This document shows positions 19,581-28,485 of a DNA stretch of 64,000 nt, one piece after another; within the stretch, counting starts at the first letter, position 1; each line of letters starts with the position of its first letter. The stretch spans positions 3,552,001-3,616,000 of the forward strand of contig OY762897.2 in the NCBI GenBank assembly GCA_963666515.2, written 5' to 3'. Both the position numbers and the translations under genes were made by a program. This DNA comes from Candidatus Binatia bacterium (GTDB taxonomy: Bacteria; Desulfobacterota; Binatia; UBA9968; JAJDTQ01). The notes under the pieces were generated by a model, which was given only the letters and a program-made list of their open reading frames with translations, did not search any database and was not told the DNA's origin.

Positions 19581-19814
19581 TCACGAGGCGAATCTGAAAA
19601 CCTGCACGGAGAGCGATCGGACGGCTTTGCCCTCGCCGTGAACCATCAGGCGCACTTTCTCCGCCGTTTCACGACTGAAGGTCTGTTCGCCGCATTGGCC
19701 GCACACCACCGCGGGAACGCCGTCCACCATGACGTACTGCCCATCGATGCAGAACATCTCGTCAACCAACTCCTCCCGGGTCTCGCCTCCGCGACAGACG
19801 TCACACTTGGGCAT
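19581..19814 (-). CDS. YgiT/MqsA-type zinc-finger protein (putative antitoxin)
   Basis: CDVC...VPAVVCGQCGE. Confidence 0.85.
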   Translation of the reverse strand: MPKCDVCRGGETREELVDEMFCIDGQYVMVDGVPAVVCGQCGEQTFSRETAEKVRLMVHGEGKAVRSLSVQVFRFAS

Positions 19815-19815
19815 C

Positions 19816-20124
19816 TCATCTCCTCCTGGAGTAATCGATCCACTCTGCCGGGCCGGGCTCATGAAGTGTGATGATCCTCAGTGACTCGCCGTCGGCCAAC
19901 GACACCTGGATGTGCAACGGCCTCCCCATTCGCGTAAAGCCCAAGAGAAGGCAACTCGGAGAATACTTGTCATCAGGGTAGTCCTCAATCACACTTGCTT
20001 GCCTGCCAGCATCGCGTATTTCCCGCTCACTGATGTTTCTTTCAACCAAGCGTCTGAGCGCGTGACGGGTTACCACGTAGTCACCAGAGTGGAGTTGCCT
20101 ACGGACTTGATCAATCGTCTTCAC
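19816..20124 (-). CDS. DUF4258 protein (putative RelE-like toxin)
   Basis: TRHA..R..ERNI, IEDYPDDKYSPSCLLLG, RPLHI, IITL.EP. Confidence 0.85.
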   Translation of the reverse strand: MKTIDQVRRQLHSGDYVVTRHALRRLVERNISEREIRDAGRQASVIEDYPDDKYSPSCLLLGFTRMGRPLHIQVSLADGESLRIITLHEPGPAEWIDYSRRR

Positions 20125-20156
20125 GCCGACATTAACCCATCACATGCAAGGCCGCC

Positions 20157-21332
20157 TCACACCCCCCTCAATACCTCCGCCATCTCCCGCACTCCAATGA
20201 CCTCCACCTCCCGCGACAGCGGATAGCGCTCCGTACCGGCGTACACCACGAATGCCTTCTCGGGGCGCACGTCTTCCAGCGCGTGATGAAACCCGCGGGT
20301 AGGCCGCGGGGCCAAGCTGTGCTTGATTTCGACGACCCAAGGCGCGGTGTGGCCGGGAAGCTCCAGGACCAGGTCGATCTCGGCGCCAGCCGCAGTGCGG
20401 TAGAAGCTGGCAAGGGTGCGCCAAGGCGCCGCGACGAGGAGATTCTCGATCACGAAACCCTCCCAACTCGCGCCCAATGCGGGATGACCGGTCAGGGTGA
20501 TCTCGTCCTGAATGCCAAGGAGCCCGTGCACGAGGCCGCTGTCCCTGACGTACACCTTGGGCGACTTCACCAGCCGCTTGCGGGTATTGGCCATGAATGG
20601 TGGCAAACGGCGAACCAACAAGAGGTCGGTCAGGAGATCGACGTATCGGGTGACCATGGGCGCGCTGATGGACAGACTGGCGGCCAGCGCCGAGGCGTTC
20701 AGCAACGACCCCTGGCCGTGAGCGAGCATCCGCCACAGCCTTTCCAGCGTGGCGGCAGGGACAGGGTAGGGCGAGAACTGCGGCATGTCCCGTTCCAAAT
20801 AGGTAGTGATAAAGTTCAGTCGGTACGCGAGGCTATCGGCATCGTTGGCGGCGAGAAAACTCTCCGGGAAGCCGCCGCGGAGCCACAATTTCGTGAGGGT
20901 GTCGTCGTCTGGGGCGGCTTCAAGAACGTCGAAGGGATGGAGCGCCACGTATTCGATGCGCCCCGCCAAACTCTCGCTCGACTGCCGCAGCAGGTCGATG
21001 GACGCGGAACCCAGGATCAGGAACCGGCCTGTGCGCTGGCCCTCCCGGCGGCCTTCATCGATGAGGCCGCGCAACTCGCGAAACAACTCCGGCGCGCGGT
21101 GGACTTCGTCGATGATGACCAGACGGTCTCTGTACCGCTCAAGAAAAAGCCAGGGTTCCGCCAGCCTGGCCCGGTCCGTGCTATTCTCAAGGTCAAGGTA
21201 TACGTTGTTGATGGTATCGGCGATTTGCCGTGCCAGCGTGGTCTTGCCGACCTGTCGCGGTCCGATCAGCGCTACGGCGGCTTGGCGACCCAGAGCCACA
21301 CGGATGTCTTTGGCTGCACGGCGTTCAATCAT
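20157..21332 (-). CDS. AAA_14 ATPase with DUF4143 domain
   Basis: GPRQVGKT, IIDEVH, ESLAGR, RGGFPE, KSPKVY.RDSG, FYRT..GAEIDL, VEIK. Confidence 0.9.
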   Translation of the reverse strand: MIERRAAKDIRVALGRQAAVALIGPRQVGKTTLARQIADTINNVYLDLENSTDRARLAEPWLFLERYRDRLVIIDEVHRAPELFRELRGLIDEGRREGQRTGRFLILGSASIDLLRQSSESLAGRIEYVALHPFDVLEAAPDDDTLTKLWLRGGFPESFLAANDADSLAYRLNFITTYLERDMPQFSPYPVPAATLERLWRMLAHGQGSLLNASALAASLSISAPMVTRYVDLLTDLLLVRRLPPFMANTRKRLVKSPKVYVRDSGLVHGLLGIQDEITLTGHPALGASWEGFVIENLLVAAPWRTLASFYRTAAGAEIDLVLELPGHTAPWVVEIKHSLAPRPTRGFHHALEDVRPEKAFVVYAGTERYPLSREVEVIGVREMAEVLRGV

Positions 21333-21376
21333 CCTTGCAAATTAAAACAAACTGTTTTGATTTACAAGGATGATTG
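21326..21376. promoter_or_regulatory. Imperfect palindrome with 24-bp arms overlapping the start codon of the AAA-DUF4143 gene
   Basis: caatcatccttgcaaattaaaaca-aac-tgttttgatttacaaggatgattg; 2 mismatches. Confidence 0.75.
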
Positions 21377-21409
21377 GTTGGTGCATTGCCAGTGGTGCTG
21401 AAACTGTAG

Positions 21410-21802
21410 ATGCCTCCCCCGTTGACAGAAACCCTTCGACGCATTGTCGCCATGCTCGCCGGAAAAAGCGGCGACGTTGGCGAAACTGCGGACGACCCCC
21501 ACGACGACACCCCACCCGACGAAGACCCCGTCGTCCTCCCCATCGAGGACCACATCGACCTGCACCCCTTCGCGCCCAGGGACATTCCGAGCGTGGTGGA
21601 GGAGTACGTCTGGCAGTGCCACGAGGAAGGGCTCCGCGAGGTGCGGATCATCCACGGGCGCGGCAAGGGGGTGCAGCGGCGCATCGTGCAGTCGGCGCTG
21701 GAGAAGAACCCGCTGGTCCTGTCGTGCCACGACGCGCCGCCGGAAAGGGGCGGGTGGGGCGCGACGGTGGCGATGATTCGCGCGAAGGAGGGTGGGGAGT
21801 AG
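21410..21802 (+). CDS. Smr/MutS2-domain protein
   Basis: IDLHPF, VRIIHGRGKG, GGWGAT. Confidence 0.88.
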   Translation: MPPPLTETLRRIVAMLAGKSGDVGETADDPHDDTPPDEDPVVLPIEDHIDLHPFAPRDIPSVVEEYVWQCHEEGLREVRIIHGRGKGVQRRIVQSALEKNPLVLSCHDAPPERGGWGATVAMIRAKEGGE

Positions 21803-21837
21803 GTGCCGGCGGGGCTCGGCTCGGCCGCCACAGAGCC

Positions 21838-23001
21838 CTACGTGACTAGCGCATCCGTCCAGAGCCTTTCGAGAAATCGTTCCCACGGCAGTATCCAGAT
21901 ACCCTCGCCGGTGCGCCGGGGGGCGTCTTCGTTGCAAACGACCACGGCTTGGGCCGGACGATGCTCGTCCATGTAGGCGCGCATGGCCCTGAGTTCCCCG
22001 GGACGGACGCGAGGGCTTCCCTTGACCTCGATGGCCACCTCGCCTGCGCGCCCGAGCACGAAGTCGCACTCCAGGCCCGACTTGGTGCGCCAGAAGCGCA
22101 CCGGGAAGTCGTACTCGCGGTAGGAGCGATAGGCGAGCAGCTCCATCAGGACCAGGTGCTCCAGGGCACGGCCGAAGTCGGCGCCGTGCCCGTGTTCGAT
22201 TCGGCGTCCGGTCACGTGGCCGGCTACACCCACGTCGAAGAGATAGAATTTCGGCGCGCGCGTGATGACCGCGCGCGAGCGACGCGGACTGAACGGCTCC
22301 ACGAAGACGCCCAGCAGCGTATCGACGAGTATCTGGAAATACTCGCGCACGGTCTTGGAATCGACGCCACAGTCCCTGGCGACGTTGCTGTAGTTCAGAA
22401 GCTCTCCGTGGCAGAAAGACAGGGCTTCGAAAAACCTCGAGAAGCCCGCGACGTTCCGTGTCAGCCCTTCGTCGAAAACCTCCTCTTTCAGATAGTCATC
22501 GACGTAGCCCGCGAGGGCACGCCGGTATCCAGCGGCATCGTAGTGCTGCGGCACCAGCCCTCGGTTGAGCGCCCTCAATAGATCGAACTCCGGCACTTCC
22601 GGCCACGTCAGCGGATGGAGCTCGAAACGCCAAGCGCGGCCGCCCAGCAGGTTGGCGCGGCCGCGCTTCAGCTTTCTGGCGCTGGAACCGCACAACACGA
22701 AGCTCAACCCTTCGTTCTCGATGAGTCGATGAACCTCGTCCAGAACGGCTGGCGCCTTCTGCACCTCGTCGACGATGATGGGGTTGGAGCGGGTCGCTTG
22801 ATCGAATGCCGCCACGCGTTCCGCGAACGCCCAGGGCGCCCGCGTGAGTTCCAGCATGAGCCGGGTGTCGAGCAGGTCGAACCGGGCAGCCTCGGGGAAA
22901 AGCGCGCGGAGCAAGGTGGACTTGCCGGTCTTGCGGGGTCCCCACAAGAAAGCGGACTGTCCCGGTGGCAGGTCCAGGCGGAGGGTCCGGTAGTAGTGCA
23001 T
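21838..23001 (-). CDS. Second AAA_14 ATPase with DUF4143 domain
   Basis: GPRKTGKS, IVDEVQK, GSSARKL, PKFYLFDVG, FWRTKSGLECDF, IEVK. Confidence 0.9.
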   Translation of the reverse strand: MHYYRTLRLDLPPGQSAFLWGPRKTGKSTLLRALFPEAARFDLLDTRLMLELTRAPWAFAERVAAFDQATRSNPIIVDEVQKAPAVLDEVHRLIENEGLSFVLCGSSARKLKRGRANLLGGRAWRFELHPLTWPEVPEFDLLRALNRGLVPQHYDAAGYRRALAGYVDDYLKEEVFDEGLTRNVAGFSRFFEALSFCHGELLNYSNVARDCGVDSKTVREYFQILVDTLLGVFVEPFSPRRSRAVITRAPKFYLFDVGVAGHVTGRRIEHGHGADFGRALEHLVLMELLAYRSYREYDFPVRFWRTKSGLECDFVLGRAGEVAIEVKGSPRVRPGELRAMRAYMDEHRPAQAVVVCNEDAPRRTGEGIWILPWERFLERLWTDALVT

Positions 23002-23012
23002 CGCTCGGATAC

Positions 23013-23052
23013 TACTCCGAAATAGTCGGACTATTTCGGAGTATACTCCGAA
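23013..23052. promoter_or_regulatory. Overlapping perfect palindromes just upstream of the second AAA-DUF4143 gene
   Basis: tactccgaaatagtc-g-gactatttcggagta (15-bp arms) plus ttcggagtatactccgaa. Confidence 0.75.
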
Positions 23053-23149
23053 TCAGTAGATATTCCAAGCCCTTCTGAGCCAATGGAGTCCTTCGAATGG
23101 CGCCATCTTGCTCGGCAACCATTGATCAGAGGTTCATGTCGATGACGCG

Positions 23150-25600
23150 TCATCTCTCCGCCTGCCGCACCAGCGCCCTTATCCGGTCCGGGCTGAGGGG
23201 CAGCTCCTTGATCTGGATGCCCAGGGAGGAGAGGGCGTGGGAGACGGCGTTGGCCAGGGCGGCGCCGCAGGCGACGATGCCGCCTTCGCCGGCGCCCTTG
23301 ACGCCGAGGGGGTTGAGGGGGGAGGGGGAGTATTCGGTGATGATGCTCTCCACGGGCGGGATCTCCGTGGCGGAGGGGAGCGGGTAGTCCAGCAGGGTCG
23401 TGGTCAATAGCTGGCCGTCCTCGTTGTAGGCCAGCTCCTCCAGGAGCGTGCCGCCGATGCCCTGGGCGGCGGCGCCCAGGGCCTGGCCGTGCACCAGCAA
23501 CGGGTTGACGGCGCGGCCGACGTCCTCCAGCACGAGGTAGCGCAGGATTTCCACCATGCCGGTCTCCGGGTCCACGGCCACGTGCACGAGGTGGCCGCCG
23601 TAGGTGTAGGTGAGCAGGTTGTTGTGGAAGTACTCGGTGGCTTCGAGGCCGGGGGCGGCGTCGGCGGGGGCCTTGCCGGGCCTGGTCATTTCCAGGAGGT
23701 CTCCGAGGCACAGGAGCGGCCTGCCGGCGGCCGGGGAGTCAACCTCTGGATTCCGGCTTTCGCCGGAATGACGGGGGGCGGTCGGCGGTGGCTGGCCGCT
23801 GCCCGCAGGGTAGACCCCTCCGTCGCGGAACTCCAGGCCGGCGGGGTCGGTTTCCAGGCGCCGCGAGGCCACCTCCAGCAGGCGCTTCTTCAGCGCCTGG
23901 GCGGTCAGGTGCACGGCGTTGCCGGCCATGACGGTGCCGCGGCTGGAGTAGGTGCCGCCGCCCCAGGGCATGAGGTCGGTGTGGCCGTGGAAGACGGTGA
24001 TCCACTCCATGGGCACGCCCAGGGCGTCGGCGCATATCTGCGCCATGATGGTCTCGTGGCCCTGCCCCAGGGTGGCGATGCCCAGGTAGACGGCCACGCT
24101 CTCCGGGCCGGTGACGGCCACGCGGGCGCCCTCGGACGGGCCCAGGCCGGTGTTCTTCACGAACCAGCCGATGCCGATGCCGTGGTAGCGGCCCTCCCGC
24201 TTCTGCCCCTGGAGCGGCTCCAGCTCCTTCCAGCCGAAGCGTTCCAGCGCGTGCTCCAGCGCCCGCGGGTAGTCGCCGCTGTCGAACACGGTGGAAGCGA
24301 TGCCGGGCCGGGTGGGCCCCAGCTCGTAGGGTATCTCCTCGGGCTGGATGAGGTTCTTGCGGCGCAGGTCGATGGGGTCCATGCCCAGGTCTTCGGCCAC
24401 CATGTCGAGCATGCGCTCGCGGAAGTAGCAGGATTCGTAGCGGCCGGGCGCGCGGTAGGTGCCCACCCCCATCTTGTTGGTCATGACGCAGCGGATGTGG
24501 GCCTCGTAGGCCGGTATCCGGTACGGCCCCGGCAGCACGCCGGCGGTAGACGCCGGCACCAGGCCGCCGTGGGTGCGGATGTGCGCGCCCATGTCGCCGT
24601 GGATGTGGGCGCGCATGCCCAGCAGCGTGCCGTCCTTCCGCGCGGCGATCTCCAGCTCACAGCGTACCTCCCGCGAGTGGTTGGCGGCCATCAGGTGCTC
24701 GCGCCGGTCCTCGATCCACTTGACCGGCCGGCCGAGCTTCATGGCGGCGTAGGGGACCAGGTAGTCCTCCGGGTAGAACTCGCCGCGGATGCCGAAGCCG
24801 CCGCCCACGTCGGGCTCGATGAAGTGGATGCGGTGCTCCGGCATCTCCAGCAGCGACGACAGCACCGCGCGGTTGAAGTGCGCCACCTTGGTCATGCCCC
24901 ACACCGTCAACTCGTTCCGGCCGGCGTCCCAGGACGCCACCAGGCCGCGGGTTTCCATGGGGTTGCCGGTGTGGCGGTGCGTCCGCAGCACCTCCTTGCG
25001 GGTGTACTCGGCGTCGCGGAAGGCCCCGTCCACGTCGCCCAGCTTGATGTCGTGGCCGCCGGCCACGTTGGTGCCCTGCTCCTCGTGGATGATCACGTCG
25101 CCGCGCAACGCCGCCTCGACGTCCGGCACCACCGGCAGTGGCTCGTACTCCACCCCGATCAGGTCGGCGCCGTCCTCGGCCACGTAGCGGTCCACCGCGG
25201 CCACCAGCGCCACCGGCTCGCCCACGTAGGCGACCTTGCCCCGGGCCAGCGGGTACTGCAGGAAGCGGTCCAGCCCGTCCAACTGGTACATGCGGAGCGG
25301 GATCGGCTTGACCCCCGCGGGCAAATCCGCAAAGGTGAGCACGCCGACGACCCCCGCGAGCTTCAGGGCCTCCGACACGTCCACCGACTCGATGCGCGCA
25401 TGCGCGTGAGGGCTCCGCAGGACCGCCGCGTACAGCATTCCGGGCAGCTTCACGTCGTCGATGAACGTGGCCTTGCCGGTCAGGAAACGGACGTCCTCGG
25501 CGCGCCGGATCGGCGCCCCGATGTATGGAGCGCGTCCTTCGACTTCGCCTGTCCTGAGCTTGTCGAAGGGCTCAGGACGAACGGGTATGGTCTGCGTCAT
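23150..25600 (-). CDS. Xanthine-dehydrogenase/CoxL-family molybdopterin-binding subunit (stand-alone)
   Basis: RSPHAHA, METRG, DVGGGFG, GTYRAPGR, GQGHET, KGAGEGG; GGAG upstream of ATG 25600. Confidence 0.9.
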   Translation of the reverse strand: MTQTIPVRPEPFDKLRTGEVEGRAPYIGAPIRRAEDVRFLTGKATFIDDVKLPGMLYAAVLRSPHAHARIESVDVSEALKLAGVVGVLTFADLPAGVKPIPLRMYQLDGLDRFLQYPLARGKVAYVGEPVALVAAVDRYVAEDGADLIGVEYEPLPVVPDVEAALRGDVIIHEEQGTNVAGGHDIKLGDVDGAFRDAEYTRKEVLRTHRHTGNPMETRGLVASWDAGRNELTVWGMTKVAHFNRAVLSSLLEMPEHRIHFIEPDVGGGFGIRGEFYPEDYLVPYAAMKLGRPVKWIEDRREHLMAANHSREVRCELEIAARKDGTLLGMRAHIHGDMGAHIRTHGGLVPASTAGVLPGPYRIPAYEAHIRCVMTNKMGVGTYRAPGRYESCYFRERMLDMVAEDLGMDPIDLRRKNLIQPEEIPYELGPTRPGIASTVFDSGDYPRALEHALERFGWKELEPLQGQKREGRYHGIGIGWFVKNTGLGPSEGARVAVTGPESVAVYLGIATLGQGHETIMAQICADALGVPMEWITVFHGHTDLMPWGGGTYSSRGTVMAGNAVHLTAQALKKRLLEVASRRLETDPAGLEFRDGGVYPAGSGQPPPTAPRHSGESRNPEVDSPAAGRPLLCLGDLLEMTRPGKAPADAAPGLEATEYFHNNLLTYTYGGHLVHVAVDPETGMVEILRYLVLEDVGRAVNPLLVHGQALGAAAQGIGGTLLEELAYNEDGQLLTTTLLDYPLPSATEIPPVESIITEYSPSPLNPLGVKGAGEGGIVACGAALANAVSHALSSLGIQIKELPLSPDRIRALVRQAER
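23746..23773. repeat. CGTC-type palindromic repeat inside the CDS
   Basis: CGTCATTCCGGCGAAAGCCGGAATCCAG on the minus strand, translated as RHSGESRNPE. Confidence 0.75.
25533..25584. repeat. Nested palindromic repeat inside the CDS N-terminus
   Basis: cgtccttcgacttcgcctgtcctgagcttgtcgaagggctcaggacgaacgg, translated as PVRPEPFDKLRTGEVEGR. Confidence 0.8.
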
Positions 25601-25744
25601 GTGGTGCTCCAAGGGTTGGCTCGGTGTCGCGTGCCTGTGGAAGGATAGTACACCAGGGAGACCATGATCAAATTGAAGTGGCGTGGCGCCGTTTCCCTTC
25701 AACTCGACCGCGCGGACATCGCGCGCGTGCGCAAGGAGAACTCG

Positions 25745-26224
25745 ATGACGAGAACCCTGAAGATCGTGGCCGCGCTGGGCCTGTGCCTGGTGTTGGGCGG
25801 CGTGGTGACGGCGGGCAAGGGGCGGGGGGCGGACGACGCGGTTTCACGGCACATGGTGGCCCAAGCCATGTTGACCGCCCATTTCATCGCCGCCGCGGTC
25901 AAGGCGGGCATGAGCACGGACGAGATCAACGCGGCGTTGAGCAGGGTGGCCGCGGGCTCGGCCATCTCGGAGTTCTGGATCAGCGACGAGAAGGGCCGCG
26001 TCGAGTTCACCAACGTCAAGGGCGCCAGCTTCGAGTTCCCCACGGACCCGGCGGCCAAGTCCCAGGCGGCGCCCTTCGCCGCGCTGCTGGACGGCAGCAA
26101 GACCGTGGTGGTTCAGGGGTTCCGGCCGCGTGAGCTGGACGCCAGACCGTTCAAGTACGTGGGGGTCGCCGGGGTCGACAAGCAGCGCATCGTCCAGGTG
26201 GGGGTAGCCGAAGCGGGGCGTTGA
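25745..26224 (+). CDS. Exported protein resembling a stand-alone Cache/PAS-like sensor domain
   Basis: AAGGAG ribosome-binding site, signal peptide, EFWISDEKG, FKYVGVAGVDKQRIVQVG. Confidence 0.65.
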   Translation: MTRTLKIVAALGLCLVLGGVVTAGKGRGADDAVSRHMVAQAMLTAHFIAAAVKAGMSTDEINAALSRVAAGSAISEFWISDEKGRVEFTNVKGASFEFPTDPAAKSQAAPFAALLDGSKTVVVQGFRPRELDARPFKYVGVAGVDKQRIVQVGVAEAGR

Positions 26225-26452
26225 CGCGGACCTGCAGCCACCAGGAGGCCCTTCAACGCGAGGCATGGGGCCGGGGGCAGACGACCCGGTTTCTCAGCGC
26301 AGAGTCGCCTGCGCTCTCATTCGGTCTCCGTTGCGGGCGGCTTTTCACGTCCGTTGCCGTAGCGACAGCCTCCGCCCAGGGTTAGTGGTATTGGGGAAGG
26401 TTCTATTCGGTCTACGAGCGAGTCAAATTGCAGACAGAACAGAGTTGAACGC

Positions 26453-26485
26453 AAAAAGGCCGCTCCGAACGGGAGCGGCCCTTTT
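26453..26485. terminator. Intrinsic terminator (possibly bidirectional)
   Basis: aaaaa-ggccgctcc-gaacg-ggagcggcc-ctttt. Confidence 0.7.
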
Positions 26486-26509
26486 GCTTCGGGGGAGGAT
26501 AATTGTCAC

Positions 26510-26824
26510 CTACTCGTTGCTCTCTTGGGATTTTTTGGCGATCTCAAGGAATTTGGTGACGGCCTCAGTAAGCGTTCTCATGTTGGCCGTCAACTGGGCA
26601 ACGTCGGCCTTCAGTTCGTCTTGTCCTCTCGCGAGCCGGGCAACGTTAGCCTCCAGTCGGGCAACATTGCCCTCCACCCCCTTCAGCCGAGCCGCTTGCA
26701 GCTTGACCTCGGTTACTTGCGCCTGAACGTAGAACACGGCCGTTCCGGTGAGGCCGATAACGGCTACCATGGCAATGACAACGCTGCTGAAGCTGGACCA
26801 TACCTCACGAATGCTGTCTGCCAT
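26510..26824 (-). CDS. Small membrane-anchored coiled-coil protein
   Basis: AAGGAG ribosome-binding site, one TM helix, heptads VEGNVARLEANVARL. Confidence 0.7.
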   Translation of the reverse strand: MADSIREVWSSFSSVVIAMVAVIGLTGTAVFYVQAQVTEVKLQAARLKGVEGNVARLEANVARLARGQDELKADVAQLTANMRTLTEAVTKFLEIAKKSQESNE

Positions 26825-27052
26825 TTGAACTGCTCCTTTCCTTCTCGTATATCGGGCCGACCCTCTTTGTCAACAGACACCGGTCATTGCGCTCTCCGCG
26901 CCCTCTGCGGTCTCGGCGGTGACGACGATTGGTTACTGCCCCCCTCTATAGGTAAGTCGGCCGTGGTGGGTGAAACTTTAGGTTTGGGGATGGGGCGCTT
27001 GGGGAGGAGTCTGTCCGAACGCTGCTGGGATGGGGTAGAATCAGCATCGACG

Positions 27053-28462
27053 ATGCCGTTCCTCTTGCAACTCACCCGGCCGGAGACCCTGCTGGTGCTT
27101 CTGTGGGCGTCGCAGTTGGTTCGGATGGCGTGGCCGGTCGCTGCCGCGGACCTCGCGGGGGCGGCGATCGCGGCGGCGTTCATCCTGCGGGTGTTCGTGT
27201 TCCTGCGCCGGCCGACCATCGTCCTGTGCTGCACCCTCGCCGCCCTGGCCGTCCTCCTCATCTTCCTCTACGGCGAGCCCGCGGCCGTGCTGGTGGGGTT
27301 CAAGGCGGCGCCCATGTTCGCGGGCTTTTTCGGCAGCATCGTGCTTCTGCGCGCCACCGGCGAGCAGCTCCAGCAGACCGCCCAGGCGCGCGAGCTGTTC
27401 GCGCGTCTCAAGCCCGACCACCGGCTGGGCGGCTTCCTGGTGGGCAGCCACCTGCTGGCAGTGGTGCTGGGACCCGGCGCCTACGCCATCACCGCCCCCA
27501 TCATAGGCGCTGGCAACGATGACGACTCCTCGGCACTACGACGGCGCAGCAACACGGGCGCCGGTGCCGGACGCCTGGACAAGGACGAAGAGGAGAGCGA
27601 GGCGGAGCGGGAGCACTTGGCGGCCATGCGCGCGTGCCATCGGGGCGGCGGCCTCGCCGGCCTGTGGTCGCCGTTCTGGATCGCCATGGCGCTGTCGTCC
27701 CAGTACGTGCCGGGGGTGCCCCTGTGGCACACCATGGCGCTGGGCATGGCCATGGCCGCGTGCGCGTTGACGGCCTCCCACGTGCTCTTCGCCCCGGAAC
27801 CGGGCGTCACCCTGCTGTGGCGGGCGCTGCGGAGCCTCCAGCCCATCGTCCCGCCGGTGGCGGCGTGCGTCCTGACGGTGGCGGTTCTTTCGGGGGTGAC
27901 GGTGCTGTCGGGCCTGGAGGCGCTGATCGTGAGCGTGCCGGTCCTTTGCGCGCTGGCGCTGCTGGGAAAGGGCCGGCGCGCGCTCGCGACCGGCTTGGCC
28001 GACACCTACCGGGGCGCCGCCCACGTCGGCAACGAGATCGCGATCCTCACCATCTCGCTGGCCCTGGGCGGGGTGGTCCGGCACGTCTTCGCGCACACCG
28101 GGATCACCGACTGGATCGGCGGCCTCGACCTGCCTGCGGCGGCCGTCATCGCCATCATGATCGGCGCCACCTCCCTCGGCGCCCTGGCCGGGGTGCACCA
28201 GATCGTGTCCGTGTCGCTGCTGCTGACGGTGTTCTCGGAGCTGCCGGTGCGGGTGGCCGGCGTGGTGCTCATCGAGAGCACGCTGGCGGCCTGGTCGTGC
28301 TCGTCCATCATCGGCCTTTCCGCCATCATGGTCGGCACCGCCACCGCCATATTCCGCGTCCCCCCGGGAAAGGTCATCCTCGGACCCAACCTCCGGTTCG
28401 CCGCCCTGTTCGCCGCCGGCTCCATCCTGGTACTGGCGGGCGTCAACGCGCTGCTGGTATGA
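27053..28462 (+). CDS. Multi-pass membrane protein (putative ion-transporter-superfamily permease)
   Basis: About a dozen hydrophobic segments, WSPFWIAM motif; start inferred. Confidence 0.65.
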   Translation: MPFLLQLTRPETLLVLLWASQLVRMAWPVAAADLAGAAIAAAFILRVFVFLRRPTIVLCCTLAALAVLLIFLYGEPAAVLVGFKAAPMFAGFFGSIVLLRATGEQLQQTAQARELFARLKPDHRLGGFLVGSHLLAVVLGPGAYAITAPIIGAGNDDDSSALRRRSNTGAGAGRLDKDEEESEAEREHLAAMRACHRGGGLAGLWSPFWIAMALSSQYVPGVPLWHTMALGMAMAACALTASHVLFAPEPGVTLLWRALRSLQPIVPPVAACVLTVAVLSGVTVLSGLEALIVSVPVLCALALLGKGRRALATGLADTYRGAAHVGNEIAILTISLALGGVVRHVFAHTGITDWIGGLDLPAAAVIAIMIGATSLGALAGVHQIVSVSLLLTVFSELPVRVAGVVLIESTLAAWSCSSIIGLSAIMVGTATAIFRVPPGKVILGPNLRFAALFAAGSILVLAGVNALLV

Positions 28463-28485
28463 CAGAGGCGCCGGGTTCCGCCGTC

